The notes under the pieces: generated by a model
What the model was told of the DNA's origin: nothing
The model's database searches: none
Seen by the model: only the letters and a program-made list of their open reading frames with translations
Part shown: positions 49,756 to 59,892 of the stretch, in pieces
How positions within the stretch are numbered: the stretch's first letter is position 1
How the letters are laid out: every line of letters starts with the position of its first letter
Translations under genes and position numbers: made by a program
Assembly: GCA_963663865.1 (NCBI GenBank)
Contig: OY760686.1
Location: 320,001-384,000, forward strand
Direction of reading: 5' to 3'
From: Spirochaetota bacterium
Lineage (GTDB): Bacteria; Spirochaetota; UBA4802; UBA5550
Length of the DNA: 64,000 bases

Positions 49756-50458
49756 TGCAGAGCTCCTCTGCCGTTATCTGAGCGAGCCTGTAATCGGTTA
49801 ATGTAGTAATCTTGAAGTTTACAGGGCTGCCTTTGACAACTGCCGGCTTAACGCCCGATGCAATGAGCATTGTGATATCGTCGGTGTAGGCCTTGCCTTC
49901 CGAGTTGGCGGACTCATGGGCTTCTTTAATAAGCTCAAAACGGAAACCCTGCGGAGTCTGTGCGCAGAAGAGACTGTCTCTCGGCGGCGCCGATATGACC
50001 TTGCCCTCTTTAACTATTGCCGGAGTGTCGGTTATTGGCATATACGTTCCGGCAGCCCCGTTTCCCGCAGAGGCCGCTGCACACTCTTCAATAATTCTGC
50101 CGTCTACGAACGGCCTTGCCATGTCGTGGAAAAGCAGAATATCGTTCTTCTCGAAATGCCCGGATATCAGGGCGTTGTAGACGGATTGCTGCCTCGTGTG
50201 TCCGCCTTCAACGAGTCTTGAGGGTTTATCCACAGAAGACTGATTTATAATTGAAGCTATATCTTCAAGAAAATCCGGATGAGAAACCACTATTATCTCA
50301 TCAACAACGGAACATTGAGAAAAAGCATGTAGAGACCATGCGAATACGGGCCTCCCGCCCAGAGGAAGAAGCTGTTTTGGTATATCCGCACCCAGCCTGC
50401 TGCCTGTGCCGCCGCCTAAAAGTACGGCGAAAACCCTGCCCTTTGTTCTGCTTTCCAT
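49748..50458 (-). CDS. ispD: 2-C-methyl-D-erythritol 4-phosphate cytidylyltransferase (IspD/TarI family)
   Basis: GGGTGSRLGADIPKQ, GGHTRQQSV, HDMARPF, AQTPQGF, TDD, NFKITT. Confidence 0.85.
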   Translation of the reverse strand: MESRTKGRVFAVLLGGGTGSRLGADIPKQLLPLGGRPVFAWSLHAFSQCSVVDEIIVVSHPDFLEDIASIINQSSVDKPSRLVEGGHTRQQSVYNALISGHFEKNDILLFHDMARPFVDGRIIEECAAASAGNGAAGTYMPITDTPAIVKEGKVISAPPRDSLFCAQTPQGFRFELIKEAHESANSEGKAYTDDITMLIASGVKPAVVKGSPVNFKITTLTDYRLAQITAEELCNG

Positions 50459-50552
50459 GAAGATGCCCCTATTATTTACTTGTTTCAGAGGGAATGCTTT
50501 CAGTCGGTAATGTCAATGACATAAAGGCCCCCATTAGAGACCCATGAACTTC

Positions 50553-50582
50553 TTGACAGGATAACATTAAGAGCAATAGAGT
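50553..50582 (+). promoter_or_regulatory. Putative sigma70 promoter of the wzm-wzt operon
   Basis: TTGACA-18 nt-TAGAGT, about 60 nt upstream of ATG 50642. Confidence 0.45.
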
Positions 50583-50641
50583 CAACAATTCCGGCGTATG
50601 TTGATTAAAATATCCGGAAAAACCCAAAACAGTGAAATTAA

Positions 50642-51493
50642 ATGAAAAACGCCATAACAATATATGAGCCGCAGATGAGAGCGCGCCTTGGCATGGCCCA
50701 GGTCTGGGTCTCTATGCTGAAAAATGTTATCCGTTCACGGGACCTTCTTGTTCAGCTTTTCAGGAGGGATTTCTTTGCGGTATATAAAAAATCGCTCATG
50801 GGGCGGACCTGGATTTTTATTTCGCCGGTTCTTGGAATCGTCTCATGGGTCCTTATGAACTCTGCGGGAGTACTTCAGCCCGGCGATGTGGGAATCCCCT
50901 ACCCCGCCTATGTTCTGATAAGCACATCCATCTGGGGACTGTTTATGGGCTTTTATGAATCGTCATCAGAGACACTCAATTCCGGCGCAGGATTTATTCA
51001 GCAGGTTAACTTCCCTCATGAGGTGCTTCTGTTTAAGCAGACAGCGCAGCATCTCGCGGTTTTTATTTTAAGCTTTATCGTGAACATAGCAGTGCTTTTT
51101 GCCTTCCAGGTAATACCGAGCTGGAAGATTGTTTTCTTTCCGCTTATGGCTTTACCGATGTTTTTTCTCGGCGGGGGGATAGGGCTTGTTATATCAGCTT
51201 TGAGTGTTGCCGCGGAAGATATCAAAAAGGGCTTTAAAATACTGATGACGCTTCTTATGTATGTAACTCCTGTGATCTACGCGCCTGGAACAGGGGGCGA
51301 ACTGCTTCAGAAGGTCATCAAGTGGAACCCCCTCACCTACCTTGTCGGAGAAGCTCGCAACGTAATAATTTACGGGAAGCTGGAAAATCCGGTTTTCTAT
51401 TCAGCCTCTTGCCTGCTTGCCTTCATAATCTTTATGCTTTCATGGCGCTTTTTCTTCATCGCAGAAGAAAAGGTAATAGAAAAGATGGTCTGA
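50642..51493 (+). CDS. wzm: Polysaccharide ABC exporter permease (Wzm)
   Basis: RRDFFAVYKKSLMG..W..ISP, VNFP, YVTPVIY, WNPLTYLV; about 6 TMs. Confidence 0.88.
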   Translation: MKNAITIYEPQMRARLGMAQVWVSMLKNVIRSRDLLVQLFRRDFFAVYKKSLMGRTWIFISPVLGIVSWVLMNSAGVLQPGDVGIPYPAYVLISTSIWGLFMGFYESSSETLNSGAGFIQQVNFPHEVLLFKQTAQHLAVFILSFIVNIAVLFAFQVIPSWKIVFFPLMALPMFFLGGGIGLVISALSVAAEDIKKGFKILMTLLMYVTPVIYAPGTGGELLQKVIKWNPLTYLVGEARNVIIYGKLENPVFYSASCLLAFIIFMLSWRFFFIAEEKVIEKMV

Positions 51494-51505
51494 GTCCTCC
51501 TGAGA

Positions 51506-52777
51506 ATGAAAAGAGCGATGAAATCTACAAAGCCGATATCCCCCCTCAATATGCCGGATGAGGTTGTGCTGAAGGTTGAGAACCTTTCAAAGAAGTTCTG
51601 CCGGACGCTGAGACGAAGCATGTTTTACGGAACAGCCGACGTGCTTCGCAGCATGTTCGGAATCCCCTTCTCTACCGACAGAACGAGGAAGGATGAGTTC
51701 TGGGCGCTTGACGATATCAGCTTTGAGCTGAAGAGGGGCGATACGCTGGGGATTGTCGGAGTGAACGGTTCAGGCAAGTCGACCCTGCTTCGGCTCATAA
51801 CAGGAATATTTCCCCCCGACAGAGGGCGCATCAGTTTCAGGGGGCGCATAGGCGCGCTTATCGCGGTAGGCGCGGGCTTTCACCCGAACATGACTGGACG
51901 TGAAAATATATACCTCAACGGTACTATTCTGGGAATGACCAGAAAAGAGGTTGAAGCCCGCTTTGATGCCATTGTGGACTTTGCGGAAGTAGGGGAGTTT
52001 TTAGAAGCGCCGGTAAGCACATATTCGAGCGGAATGAGAGTTAGGCTCGGTTTTGCTGTTGCCATTCACTGTGAGCCTGAGCTGCTGCTTGTCGATGAGG
52101 TTCTTGCTGTCGGAGATGCCGGGTTTCAATTGAAGTGCTTTAATAAAATGGGAGAACTTCGCGCAAGGGGAGTGACTACGATTCTCGTGTCTCACAACCT
52201 CCACCACATGTCTTCTTTTTGCAACAGGATTATGGTTATGGAGAAGGGCAGGCTCATCCATTTCGGCGATGTTGAAGAGGGACTTGCCGTATATAAGTCG
52301 AAAATTTCAATGCTGAAAAGCTCTGGCGAAATAGAGAAAATCAACACCGGGACTGAAGATTTTATCGTAGAGTCGGTTGAGTTTTCTCCGCCTGTTTTGA
52401 ATGACCGGATAGTATTAGAGGCCGGCCAAAACCTTTCTGTTGTCATCCGCTATGAAGCGGCGCGCGATTTCGATGACATGGACCTTGACATTGTCCTGAG
52501 GCTTCCAATGCCGTCCGCCTCTGATTACTTTCAGGCAACCAACCACGCATTCGGCCAAACAATATCTATTAAAAAAGGCCGGGGGATATTGGCTGCTGAA
52601 ATTGAGGGCATCAATCTTAACAATATTACTGCCCATTTGATCGTAACCCTATGGACTAAGAACAGGGAAGAGATTGTTCTCTGGTGGCGCAATATTCCTG
52701 TCTCTGCCAGAGGAGAAAACCTTCAGTCAGGATGGGCAAGACATACGGTAAAATACTCTGTCAGGGGAAATGAGTAG
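51506..52777 (+). CDS. wzt: Polysaccharide ABC exporter ATPase (Wzt) with C-terminal accessory domain
   Basis: FWALDDISF, GVNGSGKSTLL, TGRENIYLNG, YSSGMRVRLGFA, VDEVLAVGDAGFQ; about 150-aa beta-rich C-terminal extension. Confidence 0.9.
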   Translation: MKRAMKSTKPISPLNMPDEVVLKVENLSKKFCRTLRRSMFYGTADVLRSMFGIPFSTDRTRKDEFWALDDISFELKRGDTLGIVGVNGSGKSTLLRLITGIFPPDRGRISFRGRIGALIAVGAGFHPNMTGRENIYLNGTILGMTRKEVEARFDAIVDFAEVGEFLEAPVSTYSSGMRVRLGFAVAIHCEPELLLVDEVLAVGDAGFQLKCFNKMGELRARGVTTILVSHNLHHMSSFCNRIMVMEKGRLIHFGDVEEGLAVYKSKISMLKSSGEIEKINTGTEDFIVESVEFSPPVLNDRIVLEAGQNLSVVIRYEAARDFDDMDLDIVLRLPMPSASDYFQATNHAFGQTISIKKGRGILAAEIEGINLNNITAHLIVTLWTKNREEIVLWWRNIPVSARGENLQSGWARHTVKYSVRGNE

Positions 52778-53486
52778 AATGGCCTTTTGTTTGAATCGTA
52801 AACGGAATGATTACACAGCTGAAGAGATTGAGCAGGTGTACAAAAGGGAGTCGTCAGCCAATACGGAGCTTGTGCATGAGATAATGGATTTTGACTGCGG
52901 CTGCGTAGACTTTATTGCCGAAGAAGAAAGGGCGTTTCCTGGCAATCCGGAATTTGTTAAATCGGGTTATTGCAACACAATGCTGAAGCGGTATTTTTTT
53001 GCCGGGGCTGTTTTTTGCAAAGGCAAGAGGATTCTTGACAGCTGCAGCGGATTAGGGTGGGGGACGTATATCCTTTCAAAGTATGCGGACAAGGTGACCG
53101 CTTTTGATATTGAACGTGAGGCTGTAGATTTTTGCTCCAGGTCCTGGAAGGCAGGCAATACTGAATGGAAGCAGGGCAGCGCCCTTGACCTTTCCTTTCT
53201 GGGAGAGACTCTTTTTGATACAGCCTGCGCAATGGAAACAATCGAACATTTCACAAAAGAAGACGGAGAAAAGTACATCGCTGGGCTGTCATCCAGATTG
53301 AAACGGAAGGGAGTCCTGATCGGGTCGTCATATTTCCCGGAGACCAGGGAAGAGGCTGACCGCGTCTGTTCGACAAATCCATATCATCTCTATATCTTTA
53401 CGGAGAAAGAGATGAGTGATATACTGAAACGTTATTTCAGAAAAAGTATTATTATTAATCGCTGGATTTTTATTGCGGTCAGATAA
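52770..53486 (+). CDS. Class I SAM-dependent methyltransferase
   Basis: RYFFA...KRILDSCSGLGWG, AFDIE, METIEHF, NPYH; overlaps the wzt end. Confidence 0.85.
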   Translation: MSRMAFCLNRKRNDYTAEEIEQVYKRESSANTELVHEIMDFDCGCVDFIAEEERAFPGNPEFVKSGYCNTMLKRYFFAGAVFCKGKRILDSCSGLGWGTYILSKYADKVTAFDIEREAVDFCSRSWKAGNTEWKQGSALDLSFLGETLFDTACAMETIEHFTKEDGEKYIAGLSSRLKRKGVLIGSSYFPETREEADRVCSTNPYHLYIFTEKEMSDILKRYFRKSIIINRWIFIAVR

Positions 53487-53510
53487 TGTTCTTCTGTCAA
53501 TCGAGGCAAT

Positions 53511-54602
53511 GTGAATTATAAAAAATTGGACAGATACTTAAATAATCTCTATTTGGGAAAAGATAACGGATACAGGTTTTCGATGCAATCGGAAAGTACA
53601 CTGCTCAGCACGGACTTTGCAGTGATGTGCCGTTTTCTCATGGGACAAAACCTGGAAGCTGATCAGGAATCACATGGGCTCATCGATGCGATTCTGAAGC
53701 ATAAGGAGGTTGATGGAAGGTTCATTGACAACACTTTCGATATTTCCATAGAGAGGCGGCATAAACCCGACTACACAATTAATCAGTTTACTTTTTTTAC
53801 ACTTACATCACTTGATCACCTGGGAGTCAGATTTAATAAGCTTCCATTTATGGAAGAGCTGCTTCCGGTTGGAAAAATAAGTTGTTGGCTTGAATCTCTT
53901 AACTGGGCGACATTCTGGTACGAGTCGAATAAGATCATGTTTGTCATGTTTTTCTGCGCGTATCTCATTGAATACGGGGAAGGTAGTCTGCCTGAAAGGG
54001 CGCAGGACTGCATTGATGAGATTTTCAAAGCGCTGGATAAAAGGCAGGACCGTGAAACCGGCTTCTGGGGAACTGATTTAAACAACCGTGACCTGCTCGA
54101 TGGAGCTTGTGGAGCCGCGCATATTTTCCTTTTCTATGATTTCTTTGACAGGGAGATAAAATATCCTGAAAAGATAATCGAAAGCACCATTTGTCAGCAC
54201 GCGGACAATGGTTTGTTGATAAACAGAGAGGGCGGGGCTTGCGAGGATTATGATGCGGTCGAAATCTATCTGCGGCTGATGAGGCAGACCGAGTACCGAA
54301 AAACAGATATCAATGAAATTCTCACCAGAATGAAGAAGACAATTGAGCGGGGTCAAATGTCCGATGGAGGTTTCCCGTATAAGATTGCTGAAAAAAAGTT
54401 TGGACTTTTCAGAGAAAAAAAGTCACAAATGTATGAGTACAGCAGCTGGGAGAGAATGAGGACTGATATGTACAAATCTGACAGTTGGGGAACTTTTTTC
54501 AGAGTGCTCACTTTAGCGGCTATAGATATAGTTGCAGGTACTGATTCCCCCTCCTGCCGGGGATATCGCCTTCCCGGATGGGGATACCTGGGGAAGTCAT
54601 AG
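53511..54602 (+). CDS. Prenyltransferase/squalene-oxidase repeat-like (alpha-alpha barrel) protein
   Basis: QW-like repeats LDKRQDRETGFWG, QHADNG, GQMSDGGF; conserved-looking GGACEDYDAV and SDSWGTFFR. Confidence 0.55.
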   Translation: MNYKKLDRYLNNLYLGKDNGYRFSMQSESTLLSTDFAVMCRFLMGQNLEADQESHGLIDAILKHKEVDGRFIDNTFDISIERRHKPDYTINQFTFFTLTSLDHLGVRFNKLPFMEELLPVGKISCWLESLNWATFWYESNKIMFVMFFCAYLIEYGEGSLPERAQDCIDEIFKALDKRQDRETGFWGTDLNNRDLLDGACGAAHIFLFYDFFDREIKYPEKIIESTICQHADNGLLINREGGACEDYDAVEIYLRLMRQTEYRKTDINEILTRMKKTIERGQMSDGGFPYKIAEKKFGLFREKKSQMYEYSSWERMRTDMYKSDSWGTFFRVLTLAAIDIVAGTDSPSCRGYRLPGWGYLGKS

Positions 54603-54700
54603 AAATCATTTTTCTTCAAAAACCAATATAAACTACAATGGAACAGTAGTTCTCTTTCCCACGTTAATTAGAATTGTAAAAAAAATCAGAGTGTGGTTAA

Positions 54701-55915
54701 TTGAAAAAAATAGGTTACATAATTAATTCCGGAATTATTTCAGGTGGGATAAATGTGGTTTTTGAACATGCTTCAGCCATAAAGGCAGCCGGGTTTGATG
54801 TTTACATTTTATCTGAAAATGAAATTCTTAAAGAAGATGTAAGTTGGCATCATAAATCGTCTAATCTGAAATTTATAACTTTCAAAGCAGCTCAGTCAAA
54901 ATTATTTTCAATTGTTTTTGCTACATGGTGGGGTACTGTATTTGATTTGGGAAAGGTTAACGCCGAGAGATATGGTTTCTTTTGTCAGTCAATAGAATCA
55001 AGGTTTTACAACCATGAAGATATTGTCTCTAAGTATCTCAATGAGTTTACATACCGGCTCCCTTTATATATTTATACTGAAGCAGATTGGATTAGAGATT
55101 ACCTGAAAGAAAATTATAATAAAGAAGTACCGGTAATCCCTAATGGTCTGGATAAAGGCATTTTTACTTTAAAAGGTGAAACATATGAACCGCGCAATCC
55201 TGATAAGATCAGAGTCCTTGTTGAAGGTTCTTTTAATGCACCGTTTAAGCAAACGGCCAGATCAATTGAGTTGTGTAAAAAAGCTGGCATAGATGATATC
55301 TGGCTTCTAACTTCAACAGAGATGAGATACTATCCAGGGGTGTGCAGAGTGTACTCTCAAATTGCAATTGAGAATGTACCAAAGGTATATAGGTCTTGTG
55401 ATGTTCTTTTGAAGTTAAGCAAAGTAGAGGGGATGTTCGGCCCACCATTGGAGATGATGCATTCAGGTGGAACGGCAATAACCTATGATGTAACTGGCAG
55501 TGAAATGTATATGAAAAATAATTATAATGGGATTGTGGTTCCTATGGGGGATGAGTCTCAAATCATTAGGGCTTTAAAACTCTTAAAAAATGATAAGCAA
55601 TATCTGGAATCATTAAAAAAAGGAGCAATAGAAACAGCATCGAATTGGCCGTCATGGCATCAAGTGTCAAAAAAACTCATTCGTTTCATAAATAAAACAC
55701 TCTCAGATGACTTAACAGTTTATCGAAGGAATTCAAGTCTTGAAATGATTAAGGCAGGAAATTATCTTATGGGGCCTCTGTATTGCGAGGTTATGAAAAA
55801 ACATCAGGGGGGAATAAAACATGCAGCCAAAATTCTAATTTATGATTTCATTAATCTTCTTAAAATTATAAGGAACAAGGTATTATCTAAAAATGCGTTG
55901 TTAAAGAAGGATTGA
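54701..55915 (+). CDS. GT4-family glycosyltransferase
   Basis: SGGINVVFEHA, ATWWGT, VIPNGLD, EGMFGPPLEMM. Confidence 0.85.
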   Translation: MKKIGYIINSGIISGGINVVFEHASAIKAAGFDVYILSENEILKEDVSWHHKSSNLKFITFKAAQSKLFSIVFATWWGTVFDLGKVNAERYGFFCQSIESRFYNHEDIVSKYLNEFTYRLPLYIYTEADWIRDYLKENYNKEVPVIPNGLDKGIFTLKGETYEPRNPDKIRVLVEGSFNAPFKQTARSIELCKKAGIDDIWLLTSTEMRYYPGVCRVYSQIAIENVPKVYRSCDVLLKLSKVEGMFGPPLEMMHSGGTAITYDVTGSEMYMKNNYNGIVVPMGDESQIIRALKLLKNDKQYLESLKKGAIETASNWPSWHQVSKKLIRFINKTLSDDLTVYRRNSSLEMIKAGNYLMGPLYCEVMKKHQGGIKHAAKILIYDFINLLKIIRNKVLSKNALLKKD

Positions 55916-55924
55916 AAATACAAT

Positions 55925-56743
55925 ATGCAACAAATTAGAATAATTGCAGATATTGATAAGTATAGTGGAATAATTCCCCGGCGAAAAATTTTTAAAAAGG
56001 CATATCCTCAGGCACATGTTCAATATACTGATATTAATTCAGATCAAAATATAAGTAACACAGATAATATTATAGCTTATCTTGAAGATAAAGAGCAAAT
56101 AGAAAGAATAATAAAAAATTGTCAGATAAAAAATAAAGTAATTATTGTTGATTTAAGAAATACTATTTCAAAGAGTCCTGGATTATTAAAAAATTATAAA
56201 GGCAGTGTAATTGTTTTTTCTCGAGACAAAGCCTTAATGGAGTATAAGGGGTGTGAATACGAATTCTTTTTCCCAATACCAGAAGATACTGAAACATTAT
56301 TTGAAGAAAGGCAACGGGGAACGGATATCTGTATTTATAATTATGGCAAAGAAGAAAAATCTTTTTTTGAATTACAGAATAAGTATAAATGTTTATTTTT
56401 AAATCCGACTACTATATCGTGGGAAGAGCAATCAAAAATTATCAGAAACTCTAAAGTAACTTTAAATTTAAATAAAAATAATAATTTAATTAACTTTGCA
56501 TTTATGTTAAGGGATATGAGGCTGGGCTGTATTACGATTAGAAATAATTTTGATGACTCCGAAGGTTTTTTTGCTGATGATCATTATATCAGCTGTAATG
56601 TACGGACTGATATTGAAAAGAAAATTGATGAAGTCTTTTTCAGCTTTGAGAAGTATAATGTCGTTAGAAGAAATGGGTTTAAAAAGGCTTATGTCTATAA
56701 TCAAGAAAGTAATGTTAAGAAATTTATGCTTTATTTAGACTAA
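55925..56743 (+). CDS. Glycosyltransferase-like protein (CgeB/GT-B C-terminal type, divergent)
   Basis: IRNSKVTLNL, RDMRLGC, IEKKIDE...VRRNGFKKA resemble a CgeB-like C-terminus. Confidence 0.5.
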   Translation: MQQIRIIADIDKYSGIIPRRKIFKKAYPQAHVQYTDINSDQNISNTDNIIAYLEDKEQIERIIKNCQIKNKVIIVDLRNTISKSPGLLKNYKGSVIVFSRDKALMEYKGCEYEFFFPIPEDTETLFEERQRGTDICIYNYGKEEKSFFELQNKYKCLFLNPTTISWEEQSKIIRNSKVTLNLNKNNNLINFAFMLRDMRLGCITIRNNFDDSEGFFADDHYISCNVRTDIEKKIDEVFFSFEKYNVVRRNGFKKAYVYNQESNVKKFMLYLD

Positions 56744-56985
56744 TGAGGCCCCTCTTTTTTGCTTGTTGAATCAAAGAGAATGAACAAAAAGACATGTTAA
56801 ATTGAAAGATATTGCAGCTGGGAGTTAATTGAACTAACATCTTTTAACCTGATAACTCGAAAACTATTTTAGAATGCTATCTCTGCCTGGAACTATGTCA
56901 CAGATCATGCAATTCTAAAAAATAATATCAAACGAAAAAACACGGTTGGGGATGACTCTCAAGCTGCATTACAGGATATAGATAT

Positions 56986-59892
56986 ATGCCAAAAGTAAGT
57001 ATAATTATTCCCTTATACAATCTGGGAGAGTACCTTGATGAAGCCGTTTATTCGGTTTTGAATCAAACTTATCATGATTTTGAAATTATCATAGTAAATG
57101 ATGGCTCTACCGATGAATATACAATAAATCTGTTAAAAGAATACAATAAACCTAAAACAAAAATCTACCATACAAAAAATCAAGGTCTGCCCGCAACACG
57201 CAATTACGGAATAGAACGTGCAAATGGTGAGTATATTTGCTGCCTGGATGCAGACGATAAATATCATCCGAACTTTATCGATAAGTGTGTTTCTGTTTTA
57301 GAAAACGATAACCAGCTTGAATATGGCATTGTAACGACTTACTTTAAATTATTCGAAAACGGCAATGATGTTATCAAAGTAATAGACTTTAATCCCTTTA
57401 TTCAAGCCGTTGAGAATAGACTTCACGTAGCTTCGCTTTTTAGAAAAAAATGCTGGGATGAAGTTGGCGGGTATTCGACTAATTTATCTGGATATCAAGA
57501 TTGGGATTTTTGGATAGCAATAATTGCAAAAGGGTATAAATGGTTTACGATAAAGGACATTTTATTCTTTTATCGTAAAAGAACCGGCTCAATGCTTAGT
57601 AATTCAGATAAAAATAAATGGAAATTAATAAGTCAGATAGTTTTGAATAATTATGATTTTTATTCAGTAAATTTTCATGAAATTATCAATGCTTATGTAA
57701 ATATTAATGGCACATTTATCCAGAATTATCAAATCAATCAGGAATTTATCACACAATATGATAATATCTTAAAAGATTATCAAAACATTAAGAAAGAATA
57801 TAATACAATACGTGACTCAATAGCATGGAAAATAACCAAAAAAATAATTAAACTTACTAATGTTTTGTTTCCCCCTAAATCATCACAAAGAAAAATTATT
57901 AGAAAGTTTTTTAAGAAATCGATCAATATAGGAAAAAACAAAAACAAAATACTAAAAAGAGTAAATAGACTTATACATACCAACAATATGTCATACACGG
58001 AATGGGCTCCAGATGTCCCTTTAGTTTCTGTTATAATACCCTGTTATAACTATGGCTTATATGTTGAAGAAGCCATAGATTCTGTTCTCAGTCAAACATT
58101 TCAAAATTATGAAATAATTGTTGTTGATGGGGGCTCAACAGATAACTATACTCATTCTGTATTAAAAAAGATAGATAAGCCAAAAACAAAAATATATTTT
58201 CGAGATGGTCGACACTTAGTTGGAGACAATAGGAATTTTGGCATCGAACTTGCTCGGGGGAAATATATTTGCTGCCTGGATGCTGATGATTTGATTGAAT
58301 CAACATATCTTGAAAAGGCTCTTTTTTTTCTTGAAGCTTATAATTATGATGTTGTATATCCAAGCGTGCAATGTTTTGGAGATAAAAACAGCATATGGGA
58401 AGCAGTCCCCACAGTTTTTTCCAGAATGATAAAAGAAGGTAATTTTGTTTCAACAGTTTCTTTATTCAAAAAAAAGGCATGGGAAAATGCGGGAAAATAT
58501 AAAGATTGGCCAGTTGGAAAAGATCATGTACCTGAAGACTGGGAGTTTTGGACCAGAATGATGGGTTATGGATACAGATTTAAACCACTACCTGAACCAT
58601 TGATGCTTTACCGTGTTCATGGCGCTGGATTAACTGGTCAGTGTGGATCAACAAAAGAAGAACAGGCCAAAGTTATTTACAATGAAAATAAATATTTGTT
58701 TAACAAGACATTTAAGAAGTTAAGAAAAAGAAATAATCATTTCTATCTTGTTAATAATAGATTCATAAATTTAAGACGAAAGACAAATAAAAAAACAATT
58801 CTATTGGTTCTCCCTTTTATGATAATGGGGGGGGCTGATTCTATATTGATAAGGATATTTAATTTTTTAAAAAAATACTATGATGTTGTAATTATTACTA
58901 CTATGAAATCTCCTTTAGAATATGGAGATAATACCCCAGAATATAAAAAAATTACAAAAGAAGTATATCACCTTGAAGAATTTTTGTTGGATAGTACTGA
59001 AAAAAAAGATTTTATTGATTACTTAATTACCACCAGAAGTATTAAATGTATTTTTAATGTCGGGAGTGAATTCTTATATAAAATTATACCAGATATCAAG
59101 AAAAGAGATAAAACCGTAATTGTAATTGATCAATTGTTTAATGAATTTGGGCATATTAAAAACAACAGAAAAAATAATAAGAGTATTGATTTAAGTATAG
59201 TTGCGAATACAAAAATCCAGGAAATTTTATTAAACAGATTTAAGGAAGATAGAAGCAAAGTTAAAGTCATTATTCATGGTGTTGATGTCGAAGAAGAATA
59301 TAATCCAGATATAGTATCCAAGAAATATAATCTCACAAAAAGGAATAAGTCAAAATTAACAATATCATATTTTGGAAGATTTTCTCATGAAAAATCCCCG
59401 GATTTATTTGTTGAGATAGTTAATAGGTTAGATAACAAAAATTTTGATGTTGTAATGACCGGAAATGGACCAGCTTTTAGTGAAACACTAAAACTAATTG
59501 AAAAATATGGATTAGCAGATCGAATAAAAACTCCTGGTATTGTTGATGATATTATTCAGTACCATGTTCAAACAGATATTCTTGTTGTACCGTCCAGAAT
59601 CGAAGGTTTACCTATTGTTATTCTTGAAGCATTATCTCTTGGTATCCCGGTAATAGCCTCAAATATTGGAGGAATTCCAACTGTTATTAATAGTGGATAT
59701 AATGGGTATACTTGTGAAGTAGGAGATATAGATGACTTTGCAGAAAAGATAAATTTTCTAGAAAGGGATCGAAGCTTGCTTGAAAAGATGAAAAAAAATG
59801 CTCGTGCTTTTGCAGTTGAAAATATCAGTGAAGAAAAAATGAACAGTGAATATTTTGAAAGCATTAAGAATCTCATAGGAGTAGGCAATTAA
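56986..59892 (+). CDS. Tri-modular glycosyltransferase GT2 - coiled coil - GT2 - GT4
   Basis: Two VS(I/V)IIP.YN...DG.ST...YICCLDADD domains; linker NTIRDSIAWKITK; C-terminal GRFSHEKSP...EGLPIVILEA. Confidence 0.9.
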   Translation: MPKVSIIIPLYNLGEYLDEAVYSVLNQTYHDFEIIIVNDGSTDEYTINLLKEYNKPKTKIYHTKNQGLPATRNYGIERANGEYICCLDADDKYHPNFIDKCVSVLENDNQLEYGIVTTYFKLFENGNDVIKVIDFNPFIQAVENRLHVASLFRKKCWDEVGGYSTNLSGYQDWDFWIAIIAKGYKWFTIKDILFFYRKRTGSMLSNSDKNKWKLISQIVLNNYDFYSVNFHEIINAYVNINGTFIQNYQINQEFITQYDNILKDYQNIKKEYNTIRDSIAWKITKKIIKLTNVLFPPKSSQRKIIRKFFKKSINIGKNKNKILKRVNRLIHTNNMSYTEWAPDVPLVSVIIPCYNYGLYVEEAIDSVLSQTFQNYEIIVVDGGSTDNYTHSVLKKIDKPKTKIYFRDGRHLVGDNRNFGIELARGKYICCLDADDLIESTYLEKALFFLEAYNYDVVYPSVQCFGDKNSIWEAVPTVFSRMIKEGNFVSTVSLFKKKAWENAGKYKDWPVGKDHVPEDWEFWTRMMGYGYRFKPLPEPLMLYRVHGAGLTGQCGSTKEEQAKVIYNENKYLFNKTFKKLRKRNNHFYLVNNRFINLRRKTNKKTILLVLPFMIMGGADSILIRIFNFLKKYYDVVIITTMKSPLEYGDNTPEYKKITKEVYHLEEFLLDSTEKKDFIDYLITTRSIKCIFNVGSEFLYKIIPDIKKRDKTVIVIDQLFNEFGHIKNNRKNNKSIDLSIVANTKIQEILLNRFKEDRSKVKVIIHGVDVEEEYNPDIVSKKYNLTKRNKSKLTISYFGRFSHEKSPDLFVEIVNRLDNKNFDVVMTGNGPAFSETLKLIEKYGLADRIKTPGIVDDIIQYHVQTDILVVPSRIEGLPIVILEALSLGIPVIASNIGGIPTVINSGYNGYTCEVGDIDDFAEKINFLERDRSLLEKMKKNARAFAVENISEEKMNSEYFESIKNLIGVGN

